Below are positions 1 to 13,000 of a DNA stretch of 64,000 nucleotides, in pieces. Positions within the stretch are counted from its first letter, which is position 1. The number at the start of each line of letters is the position of its first letter. The DNA lies in NCBI RefSeq assembly GCF_964355755.1, contig NC_092672.1:10106001-10170000 (forward strand), read 5' to 3'. The DNA comes from Antedon mediterranea (Eukaryota > Animalia > Echinodermata). The translations under genes and the position numbers were made by a program. Under the pieces are notes generated by a model. It saw only the letters and a list, made by a program, of their open reading frames with translations. It had not been told where the DNA came from and did not search any database.

Positions 1-1991
1 TAAAAAAAACAAAAAAAAAACATAAACTTCGCGATATCTTTATTCAAGCCAATTCATTATGACATTATTAACGTCGTTTAGATAATCCAATTTAATATTT
101 AATTACCGTAATTTCAGGTAAATTGGTAATTATGTTTTATCGAGAGGTGAAGTGCTTCATTTTTAAAGTCGTTGCTTATGACAACATAAATTAATATCTT
201 AACAGCATACGAGTCAACCAATAGCACATACGAGTACTGGTAACGTTTTGCGATACTAAGCATTTTTGTTTTTTTTAGTAATATTAAGATTTGTATCGCA
301 TTTATGTACAGTTTATCAGGGAATTGTGCCTATGTGTATTACATTACAATGATTGATTCCAGTACCGGTACCGTACGTATAAGCCTATAGCAGTATGTTC
401 CTGTTTCCTAGGATAGAACCACAGGAAAACAGTTAGGTATACATATATGGTTCGTTATTACTGGGCACTTGGAGCGACATAAATTCCTCTAATAGAAAGG
501 AAAATATATACAGTATTGTCAATTAAAATATTAAATATGCCATTGAAGATAACATTTTAAGACATTTCATTTTAAAAACCAATACATACACACTCTTTTT
601 ATGGCATATCGGTGAGCTTGTGTTTATACCTATATACACCGTATGAAAACACCAACACCGGATACCTGTTTATTTTTTTGAAAATCTTAAATAATAATTA
701 AAGGCCCTGTATAAAGATACCGTACGTGAACATCTAATGTACGCTGAATGCGCATGCGCAAACCCCAAAGCACGCCTTGAACAAGAAAGTCTGTGTGATT
801 ATGCATAAAAATGTCCCATCCGTATTCATTCAATACATTTTGATAGTAATGTTTTTTTTAATAAAAAAATACAAGTTTTAAAAAACTTGTTTAAATCTAT
901 TGCAATTTAATATCCGTAGGAGTTGAAAATTAAGATTTATAATTAAGAATTAAATAAAAATTTTAAAGCCATTACTTCAATAAACACAAGTGAGGAAAAA
1001 ACCCCAATCGAAATGTCTCAGAATTAATAATTATGAATTTTGAAATGCAATTATAAAATTAATAAACAATTTTACTTTATGAATAATTGGAGCTTACTTT
1101 GAAAAAAAAAAGTAACTGCAGTATATTTATGAGCAAAAATGAAAAAGGATTTAAATGATATGTCCCGTCCTTAACAAAAATGTCTGTCCTGTTCCTACGA
1201 AAAATGTCATCAATATATTTTTGAATATGATATTTTCACCAAAAGTTTCAAAATATTTGTTTATAGGCCTAATGTATTGCATATAGTTTTAAAAGGAGAA
1301 AAAAACATTTTAAATTGTGGTATCAATACTTTTAACTAAAATGTAAAAAACACCATAAAACTAGTATTAAAATGTCGCAGATGAGACAAATATGAATTTT
1401 GAAAAGTATATATAAAATTTAATAAACAAAATATGTGTTATTAAATGCTTGAATATGTACAATAGGGACATAGAGTAACTATATCTGGCAAAAAAATGTC
1501 CAAAAGATGCATGGTTTGTGAAATAATTAGGATTTAATGATCTGTCCCGTCCGTAACAAAAATGTCCTGGATCAAAAAAAAATGATACCTGAAAAAAGGT
1601 TACATTTTTTTGTTGGGATTCTTTTCTACATAAGCGAATAATTTTTATTAAAACTGCAAAATGGCCTATTAATAGTCTTACTTATTCATGTTTCATGTTT
1701 TTACATCTTTAAATATAATATCACTAAAAAACCATTATTTAATTTTTTTTTAAAAGAACAATAAATAATAAAATACGTTTTTTTTTGTAAGAACATATTT
1801 CTTGTTTAAAATGGTATACAGAACTAAAACTAAACATCTAGCCAACTAATAATTACAATTTTCTAATAATGTAAATTCATCCAAGATGCCAATTAATGTA
1901 ATTTGTAAACCAATTTGTTCTGATTAAACGTAAATTCCGTCAAGGTTTAGGAATAAAATTTATATTTGAAATATAGCTTTGAGAAAACTAC

Positions 1992-2150
1992 AGCTTGGTT
2001 CCCACTAGTATTCAACGCAAGGACGTAAGCCGCAACGCAAGCTAATTGACCAACCCAAGCGATGGATCATTCGAACCGTTCCTTGTGATTGGTCAATTCG
2101 CTGACGTCGCGGCTTACGTCCTTGCGTTGCGTTCTAGTGGGAACCAAGCT
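1992..2150. mobile_element. Palindromic MITE; relatives at ~2941, 4058-4191 and ~55915
   Basis: AGCTTGGTTCCCACTAG...CTAGTGGGAACCAAGCT. Confidence 0.8.
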
Positions 2151-3560
2151 TAAACGGTAAATAATCGTACATTAAGAACGGAATTATCAATACATTTTCC
2201 AGATTTTAGGAGGAACAGTTGAGGGTTAGAACATGGAGGAAACAACAACATATAAATAGTAATATACATAATATAAATAAACCATTATTTTTTCTCCATG
2301 GTAGAATAAGGTTATAAGTATAAAGTTATTTCTCCTTGGTTAACCAGAATTATTATAGTTTTTAGTCGTAGTTCAGGAAACCGTAAAAGCTATAAGACAA
2401 ATTTGACATTTCTAAATGATTGGGGAAAAGCGCATGTCATACCCAATAACTATCGCATACATTGTTCAGGCAGGAAATATAGCTCAGCCATGATATATTC
2501 ATACTGAAAATTAGAAATATGTTGTACCTGATTGTACCTTGTTGCGGTAGGCTTACTGTATAAGTAAAAACAATAATGCGGTTTGTACACTTGTATTGGT
2601 TGCGGTACCGGCTAGAAACACTAATTTGTCTTAATAAAGAAATACTTAATACCCCTTTCAAATTGCATTCATAGCAAAACTTCGGAACGTACAAAAAGCA
2701 AGTGTTTTTTTTTTGTCTCATTAATCCGCTCTTGTAAAATTCGTTCTTATAGAACAACTGTGAATGATCTTTAAATCGAATATTATTTAACCACTAAACC
2801 CTGACTCTGACTTATCTTTTGACAGTGTTACACTACGTTTCTTTAGGACACCGGGGGTGGGGACACTTTCCCGTGACACGAACGAGGACAAGTAGTTGTT
2901 ACTGTAAAAACTACCGATCACTATTTAAGCTGGGTCCCTTAAGATTGGTTCTCACTAGGACGCAACTCAATAACCTAGGCTAAGCGCAACGCAAATAGTT
3001 TGACCAATCACGACGCGATTGATCACCACCCACGTTCAGAAAGGGGTTCTATTTTTCAACAAGTGGAAGCAGACATCCCAACAAGAGATGACTGTTTGTT
3101 ATCATAACAGGAATACAACATAAGTGAAATAATAATGTTGTACGATTTTCCCTTTTGCACACCAACTAAAAGGTAAGCAGCTGGAATGTCGTAAAATTAC
3201 CAAATTACATTGGTCAGCTACCGTACTTATTTTGAAAAATGATCTGCTACAAGCAATTGATTTTGGAAGACGAATTTATATCACAAACAACGAGTATAAA
3301 TAAGTATTAACTAGGACTATCTAATTTAGTGTTTAATGCCATCGATCGATGCTTAACCAAACAACTGAAAATAGTTGATTTAAAACAAAATATTATTTAG
3401 ATAAAGGTTTATTTAATTTACAAAAATAATAATACTATAGCAATAAAACAAATTAAGCTTACATTTAATACTATAACAACATACTAAAATAAAACACGTG
3501 TCTCAGACACAATGTTAATGTCTAAAGCAAATGCCAGATGCAATGTGTTTGTTTATTTAA

Positions 3561-3727
3561 TACAGGGTCCTACTAAACACCACCAGATACCACTTCAATT
3601 TTATCAGTTTCTGAAAGAATTAATCTTAGAAATACACCATTAATATTCAATTCCAAACAGGTGGCTGCTCTCTGGTGGTAGGATTCATTGCTCTGGTAGG
3701 TATCTGGTGGTGTTTAGTAGGACCGTA
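3561..3727. mobile_element. Small TA-flanked MITE
   Basis: GGTCCTACTAAACACCACCAGATACC is inverted at both ends. Confidence 0.8.
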
Positions 3728-6700
3728 AATACACACATTCGTAAAGTTACAGTAAATGTAAACATGAATGTATTTGGGCAATCAAAGCAAATATGCTACT
3801 TTTACACAGTAAACGTGAACTTATATAAGCATTACAAATGACGTTCCATACTATGTACCAACCTGCACATCATCGGATTCATTGAACCAACTTCTATAAA
3901 TAGCAACAAGACTCCCTTGACCAGAGTCAAGCTCAATTCAAATATGTAGCATCCGATATTAAAATATAAAACCATATCCTATCTATAAGCAGAAGGACTC
4001 CCAACTCCCAAACTATGGTATATCATACTGTTCTTGCTGGTTAAAAAACACCGCTTAAGCTTGGTTCCCTCCAGTACGCAACGCGAAGACGTAAGCCGCC
4101 ACACAATCAAATTGACCAATCAAAAGCAATGTACTATTGGAACTGTCGCTTTTGATTGGTCCTTTCGTTTTGTCCTAGTGTGAACCAAGCTTTATATAAA
4201 TAACTATATATCATTCTAAAATTAACTATCAATTATTATTTTTTAGTAGAAACTGGTCTCCCTCTAATTAAGAGTGAATACATAGATAGGTAAGTCATAC
4301 CCAAAAATACTTATGGTGTACACTAGTTTCAGCATGAATGGAGAATATTATTATTATTATTCATGGTTTTGGTTAACATCAGAAGAAACTATCTACTGCT
4401 AAACCCATTCATGCTTAGTTCATCGGAAAACCCATGGGATCATTTATCATTCTACTGCAGTAACTTTTTTTACTGCAAAAATGTAGGATTTTAGTTTCTT
4501 TCAATGACTTTATGATGCAGTCACTTCAATAAAAACTGTGATGTAAAAAAAACCATCCTAAATAATTGCATCTTAAAGATTAATAAAAATTCAGTTACTG
4601 CAGTAAGAAGTAGAATAATGTCGACATTGTCCATTAGAAACCAGTAAACAAAATATGATTTCATTGCAAGCCTCTTTTAGTTAAAAATTAATCAATATTC
4701 AAGTAATACTTTGGTAATTTTAGATTATTCAGAGAAATCATAATCTACTGTACGTCTAATTATGTACGTTAATAGCATTCTAACATAACAATTAAGTATT
4801 AGATTCAAGAGTTATAACTTTCAACTAAAAACAGTAGAATATTTCCAAGAATAAGGAAAATCAATTCTGAATATTTATTATTGATAACACTTCAATATTT
4901 TGTTAAAAACTAAGTACTAGAATATTAATAAAGAAAAGTCAGGAAAATGTCAGTGCCTTTAAAAAGCATGATTTTGTACATTACACTTACAGTGTATACA
5001 TGTAATCAACGAACTTAAAAATTCATATTTGATAATATGCTAAAACATTAAAATTTAAGTGCTAAGTCGGCCGTGAAAAGAAACCAATCATGTTATCAAG
5101 GCTTCTTGATCTTTTCTGCTATATTAATTACATTTGACAAATACTGTACTACTGCTTAACTATCATGAATATAAACAGGAAGAAATCCAAACTTTATCAA
5201 TTTCTCTATGATTTTGACCAAAAAAAAAATCTAGCATGTGATAATTAGCAACACATTAGATGTCCCTCAATTGTGAAATATGTGTTGGCCAAAAATAATA
5301 CAAAAATGTTATTATGGTAGAATTAGAATTTAAAATCCAAAATCTTAATTAATCTTTTTATTTTTTTATTCCATACGCATCTAGTAACTCGCCAATTACA
5401 GGAAGGAAACTATTTTATAATTTATCAAGCTTATAAAAGAAACTTTCTCATTTGAGCCTAAGGGAGTTAAAAGAGTCATTACCTAGCACTGTAGGTAAGA
5501 ATTGAACACTGGACATAAAATTGGAAGGCAAGCATGTTTAGCACCAAACTACTTCTCCAGTCATTTGTTTACTTACTTTTTACTGTTTGTATGATTATTG
5601 TATGATTTATCCAGTGTTACCAGTCCCAAAGAACATTTAATTTATATCAATGAATTTGTAATGTCCAAAACACTTCAGAGGATAACATATCTTTAAGCCA
5701 AAATTACTCGCGTAAATTAAAAGCGCCAAGTTATAGGTATTAATATATAAATCTTGGTATGGTATTCCAAAAAAAAAACATGTGCTACCAGAGTTCAACA
5801 ATTCTGTTTCTTTTTCTTTTTTTAATGGTAATAATAATAAGTTTAATTAAATAGTAAAAATGTGAGTATACGGAATTGATATCATAATTTTAGAATTATT
5901 GCTACTCAGTTTAATAATGGAAATTGTTGCTTATTATGGGAATGTAAAGTTTAGTAAAGTTCAGTTAACTGTGTGATTTAATAATGGTAGAAATTAAACG
6001 TTATAGCATAGCATCGTAAACTTGCAAATTAAAGTACTTATAGAAACATCACAAATTTTGGAGTAAGAACAAAGTAGAGTAGAACAGCTAAATTAAGTAC
6101 AAAACAGCTTTTGAGTTTTTAATTGAAAGTACCTGAAACACCTGAAATAAGCTTTCCTCAACAGGCATGTTTTGCTCACAAACTAACCATTTAGAGAGAT
6201 GAGTTGAGTTAAAATATCATTACTTTACATGTTTTTTAAACTAGTAAAACTGATGGTGCTTCTTCCCTTTCTTAAGTACATTTACTTATTTCATAGATAT
6301 TTTTCACAATAATATCTCCATGTTTATAATATATTAATTGTAAAACTTCAAATGTTGTTAACCATCATGATTCAATTTATTATATTTACAGAAGAAAATA
6401 AAAGTTTACCAATAATTGGGTATATAGTCAACGTTCAATGTTTAGCAATCAGGCTTCAGAATTACCTAAATAGAAAATAATAAAAATAAATATTCCATTT
6501 TTAGAGTTTTAAGGAGTTCTTATGCCAACATGTATCAAGCGCTCCAAGAAACTAAACGCAACTAACCTAAACTGACTGCAACGCAAAGTACATACGCGCA
6601 GTTGAGTTTAACATTTTTTTCCCGAACTGAAAACTTTGAATCACGTCACGAGTGAGATATGGGTAACCGCGATCACTAGTCCAATATACTAGTTCGATAT

Positions 6701-6887
6701 TACCCTATAATTATAGCAGCAAAAAGTACATGCCAAGAATATCTAACTTGACGTTTTAAAACCGTTTTACAGGTGAAATAAGTTTGTATACTGTAGCACA
6801 AACATTATGTTATTGTAATGAATTATCACCTACTTCTATGAAAAACAGTTTAAAAAAAAAAGATTTCAGTAGCCCACCTTTGAGTTC

Positions 6888-7007
6888 TTAGGCTTCATAA
6901 TGACCAGGAAAGAAGAACAGTTTTTTGGTAAGCATGGTAACAGGTGCTGGCATCTGTTTGTTACGGCCAGAAGAAGATTCAAATGCACGAGCTACTTTGT
7001 TGTTCAC
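6888..7007 (-). CDS. CASP9: Caspase last coding exon: VNNKVARAFESSSGRNKQMPAPVTMLTKKLFFFPGHYEA*
   Basis: KQMP...LTKKLFF C-terminal caspase motif; tttatag|GTG acceptor; TAA at 6890-6888. Confidence 0.95.
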   Translation of the reverse strand: MNNKVARAFESSSGRNKQMPAPVTMLTKKLFFFPGHYEA

Positions 7008-10000
7008 CTATAAATAAAAAATCATATAATTTACAATTTAAGAAAACACATGATGGTAAATTGATACAATAATTATGTATCTTGGTACCATGGTTCCAGT
7101 ACAGCATAATATAGAAAATACAGTCATCAAAAAACTGTTTAAACAAGAAATATTTCATACAAAAAACGCTGCTCGACATTTTAAAATTAATCATTGTTCT
7201 TTCTTCAGATATATTTATGATTAATTATTAAAAAGATGACCTTTAATCGCAAAAATACATACAAATCAAAGATACTTCTTTAATTATAAATTACATGCCC
7301 ATTTAAAAATGGTCAATTTTGAACTTTAATGTGCTGTGTGTGTGTGACTTCAACCTGTAGGCATGCAACTGAATATTTCTCTAGAAACGACGTGACTTCA
7401 CGGCGGTACAAGTGAGGAAATTCTTCACACAATCTGTTGATTCGCGTCAATCAATCAAAGGACGAGAATCCAAAATCATTCAACCGTGAGCCCTCACAGA
7501 CTCTCTTTTCCCAGACGTTTTTTTTTGGGTCCAGCAGCTGGGATCTATATTATAGTCGAGTTTACAAAGTCGCAAAACTGGCAGCCTTAGATACTATAAC
7601 TGCTGCTTGCTTTAGCTTCTGAATGAGTAGTCCTCATGGGTTGTAGCTGGCTAGAGCAGCAGCGTGAAAACAGAAGAGTGAAATAATACAGCTGTATTGA
7701 GACTTATCTTTTTAATCGTATCTTAAATATTGTTAGTTTTATTTGATAATCTGCAAGATGGGTTACTCATTTTCTAAAGCTATTTGAAACTGAAAATAAC
7801 ACCAGAAGTAATAAACAACCCAATAAATAATAATTGAACAGTAAGGCATAACCATTACAGAGTAATAAAATTTATGACTTTGCCTAAAGAAAGTTGAAAG
7901 CTTTAAAGACAGTAATTTAAAATCTCATTTCCCTGATGATGTAAAGCCTCCTTCCGTTTTACACACAAACTGATAATTCACGTATCTATTTTGATAAATG
8001 TTTTTCTTTTCAGAACCTAAGAAGCTCTCGTCGTTTCAAGCACAAAGGTCAACCCTGCAAGAAAATATACTCTAAAAGAAGCTTTAAATCACATACAGTA
8101 CTATTTTCTTAAAATGTGAAGAAAATCCTGCCTGTAGGTTTGATTTGATGTGGATATTTCATTACACCTGTTTAGTGCGGTTAACAAAAGAAACCAGACT
8201 TCTTGCGGGGATCGAGGTTCTTATTTATGTAGAGAAAAATTATGGACAAGTGTCCTAATTTATGTACGGAAGCCCGTTCGGGCCACAAGTTAACTGTATT
8301 TTAAAAGCTGTTATCTGGCGGCCGCCACTTAATTATCTGGCGGCCGCCACTTAATTATTAGTACATGTCCCGTCACGTGACATGTACGTGCATTGGATCA
8401 GAGGCGATGTTGCATGCAATAAAAGGCAAGCAATGCAATCATGATTATGTACGGAAGCCCGTTCGGGCCACAAGTTAACTATATTTTAAAAGCTGTTAAT
8501 TAATTGGCGGATAATTAAGTGGCGGCCGGCAGATAATTAAGTGGCGGCCGGCAGATAATTAAGTGGCGGCCGGCAGATAATTAAGTGGCGGCCGGCAGAT
8601 AATTAAGTGGCGGCCGCCAGATAATTAAGTGGCGGCCGCCAGATAACAGCTTTTAAAATATAGTTAACTTGTGGCCGAACAGGCTTCCGTATTTATGCAA
8701 CCTAGTTACAGTAAATATAATTTAATGGTATTGACCATGTTTTAAATGCTGTATAAATTATTAATTGATAAACATGCAAAGTATCAATGTTAGTAGTACA
8801 TTACTGTACTTGAACTAAATTAATGGTATGCAAAACTAATAAATGAAAGTCCTTAAAGACTGATACTGTTAAGTGCTACTAAATTTTTTCATCACTGAAA
8901 ACATTATAAATGGAATATATTGTAATTTAGTAAAATATTCATAAACTTCATAATATACTATACCTCACCTACTGATATGTAATTCATGATTATATAGAAT
9001 TTCTCTAAATTACATTGTATTACACAGTTCCATAAAAAAATTGTAAATTTAGATTTTCAAAACAGAGACTAGGAAAACACAATTGGTCTAATGCAGGCCC
9101 GTAGCCAGGGGGGGTTTTTATGGTTCGGGCGAACCCCCAACCCCCCCCCCCTTTACAGCGAACCCCCCTTAACCGACTGCGAACCCCCATCCCCGACATG
9201 CCCAATACCTCACCCTCATCTCCAAAAATCCTCCAAATACGTGCCCCACAGTACAAAAAGTTGTTTGTAAATTGAAAAATTTGTAAACTTGTTCGTGAAC
9301 CTTCTTCTCTGTATGAGCGTCAACTAGCGATACGTGTCTGTAAATTTCTAAAAGCTGCAAATGAATTGCCGATTTTAACCTGAAAAATAAATGTTTGGTC
9401 CCTGCATGTAACATGATATTGACGCGTCTCATAGCAAACTGGGGCACGAACGATTCGTACAAAGGACTCCGCCAGACAACTACGTACCTATAATTGTTTA
9501 GATCACTGGCAGTCAGGCAGCATGCATAAAGTATATAGCCTTCCGACGTACATCAGTATTTATGTGTGACTATGAAGTATAATGTATCAGGGCCGTAGCC
9601 AGGATCTGTCAAGGGGGGGTTCGGACACTAAATATTTGGGTCAACCCCTGGGGGTGGGGCCTGATGCGAAGCGAATTTTGTTAAATGACACCCCTAGATG
9701 GCCGGAAAAGACACTCTCGTGCAGCATGCTACCGATGAGCAAAAAGATCGTACTTTTTTCCTCCTTCTCAAACACGTCGATAATTTAAAGGACGATAACT
9801 ATTTGTTGGCGTATGTTAGATGCGCGTGCTCTGTGTGCGGAACCGCCGATTGTTTGATCATTTACTCCGTATTTTGTTTTGCGTTCAAGTTCAATGCGAA
9901 CGTACATCTAGGAGCAGCCCCGAAAAAAGCACACTTGTTGAAGGCAAATGCTATTTGCTAGCTCTATCTATAATATTTATTTACAGCAATTTGTTGAGGA

Positions 10001-13000
10001 ATATAAATATGTAAATAGGTGATATTGATACATTTTAGTACGTATCGGCTGGTGGTCTGGAAAAAAATAATCGGATGCCATAATGTGAACTACAGTACTT
10101 GATACCATAGATATTATAGTGTAAAATATTAATATTCACTATAATCCTCTATGATACATTATACTTCATAGTCACACATAAATACTGATGTACGTCGGAA
10201 GGCTATATATTTTATGCATGCTGCCTGACTGCCAGTGATCTAAACAATTATAGGTACGCAGTTGTCTGGCGGTGTCCTTTGTACGAATCGTTCGTGCCCC
10301 AGTTCGCTATGAGACGCGTCAATATCATGTTACATGCAGGAACCAAACATTTATTTTTCAGGTTAAAATCGGCAATTCATTTGCAGCTTTTAGAAATTTA
10401 CAGACACGTATCGCTAGTTGACGCTCATACAGAGAAGAAGGTTCACGAACAAGTTTACGAATTTTTCAATTTACAAACAACTTTTTGTACTGTGGGGCAC
10501 GCATTTGGAGGATTTTTGGAGATGAGGGCGAGGTATTGGGCATGTCGGGGATGGGGGTTCGCAGTCGGTTAAGGGGGGTTCGCTGTAAAGGGGGGATTCG
10601 CCCGAACCATAAAAACCCCCCCTGGCTACGGGCCTGTGTATCATAGAGGATTATAGTGAATATTAATATTTTACACTATAATATCTATGGTATCAAGTAG
10701 GCCTACTGCAGTTCACATTATGGCATCCGATTATTTTTTTCTAGACCACCAGCCGATACGTACTAAAATGTATCAATATCACCTATTTACATATTTATAT
10801 TCCTCAACAAATTGCTGTAAATAAATATTATAGATAGAGCTAGCAAATAGCATTTGCCTTCAACCAGTGTGCTTTTTTCGGGGCTGCTCCTAGATGTACG
10901 TTCGCATTGAACTTGAACGCAAAACAAAATACGGATTAAATGATCAAACAATCGGCGGTTCCGCACAGAGCACGCGCATCTAACATACGGCAACAAATAG
11001 TTATCGTCCTTTAAATTATCGACGTGTTTGAGAAGGAGGAAAAAAGTACGATCTTTTTGCTCATTGGTAGCATGCTGCACGAGAGTGTCTTTTCCGGCCA
11101 TCTAGGGTTGTCATTTAACAAAATTCGCATCGCATCAGGCCCCACCCCCAGGGGGGGGGGGGGTTGACCCAAATATTTAGTGTCCGAACCCCCCTTGACA
11201 GATCCTGGCTACAGCCCTGTAATGGGTCGGATATTGTACGTGGAAAAGTAATCCAAGTACAAGTCTTGGTTGATGTTAATGTTATTTTTTAACTCTCAAA
11301 GATTTCTTCAAATAATTCATTTATAAGTCATATGATCCAAGAAAATAAAGGATATTTTGTCATAAGTAGATTGATAGGAAGTCATCTAACATCTGTGAGG
11401 TTGATGTACAGATAAACTCAGAAGAAGAATTTATAAATCATACCTTAAATGGCAAACTGTATTATTATATAACTGTGTACAATCTCATTTTCAGAAAAAT
11501 AATCTAAGAACTGTGAGGTTGATGAACAGATAAACTCAAATGACAGGTCAAATTTATATCATATCATAAAAGGCAAAACAAACTATAAGTTTGATAAAAA
11601 AAATAATAATTTAAAAACTAAGAATTCTCTAGTAGCAAAACAACTTCTGATTATTTTTTTAATATAATAATCCAGAGGAAATGTTACCTCTGATTTTTAA
11701 ATCTAGTGTCTGAAATTAAACAATACATCATTAAATATATTTTTTTAGACTTAAAGTTGAAATTTGTTTTTTTATTTGTGTTATTGCATCTACTGTATAA
11801 ATTCAAGCTAAACTGTGAGGGGGGGGGGGGGTTGGAGGTTGGCGAGTATAGGGATCGCAAGTGTACTGGGAAGTTTTTAAGCAACACGTCCTAGGGTGCC
11901 GCGGGTATCTTCATCTTTGTTCCACAATCAACAAATTGATTATTACAGAACTAGGAGGTCTAGTAGAAGTTGCTGTGTGAAATAGTACACCGGGGCAACC
12001 CCTACTCGTCTTGAAAGATGTACTATAGGTTCTTTAAAGTGCATATGAGCATTTTGTGTAGACTATATACCTAACTGGCCACCCTACCACATAATGCAGA
12101 GGCTTAGTACAATGAGCTCCTAACAGCTCATTCCCCTACGTTCAGAGAACACGGGACTTACCTTTACCTTTACATACCTACAGTTTATAGTTCTTATCTG
12201 AGAAAACTTGTTCTACCACCAGAACCATGAAGCAAGTGAGGCTTGAAACCTTGCCAATATTATGGCTATGTACGGTTCCACTATCTTAACCGCTAGGCCA
12301 CTTATTCGTAATACTAATAATACTAGAATATAATATATTCTAAAAGCGTGGAATATATTGTAGATTGGGTGGGGAACTAGTGACCTACTTGTGAAATACC
12401 AATAAATAAGTTACTTAAAGGACAACTTGACCGAGGACCATATTTTAACAACATATTAGGGATGTACATATGACTTCAGAACCATCGCGAGATTAAGGAT
12501 AACCCCGCACGCGCTCACCGTACAGCCGTCGCCATAAATTCCTGTGACCTCACAGGTGCATCGCAACATTTACGTCATGAGTTTTCTGGCAAAGTCTGGC
12601 AAATTGCGAACATTTCTAGTAAACACACTTTGTAAAGAACTAGACTCATTAAGTGAATTTTGCAATGTAACTGTGACGTCACTGCAATTGACAGCGACTT
12701 TTGTTTGCAATTCCCAAACCTCTAAAGTCTGAATATTACCAACACTTATTACAACCTTACATCAAGATTGTCCTTTACTGTTACAATTGATATATATAAA
12801 CTATTTTGGTAATGCCAAGTCAAACGTGTCTCTACAAATGCCAGTGCGTTTCATTTATAGTTACTATTATTTTATCAATATCTAAACTTTTTGACAACCT
12901 GGGAATATTTTGCTTGCTACAGTTCGATTATTTGAAATGCTGACAAAGAGATTTCAACAGATCAGCTACAATCAAGTAAATAATCTGTAAAAATATATAA

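Noticed and set aside
1-6400. Protein-coding gene at the left end (e.g. ORF 2437-2757)
   Set aside because: AT-rich sequence with MITEs, no recognisable domain and no consistent exon chain; may include caspase 3' UTR
9020-11101. Repeated 60-165 aa ORFs (MYESFVPQ..., MAGKDTLV...), also at 19194-20343
   Set aside because: They lie within non-autonomous transposon copies, frames differ between copies, and there is no transposase motif
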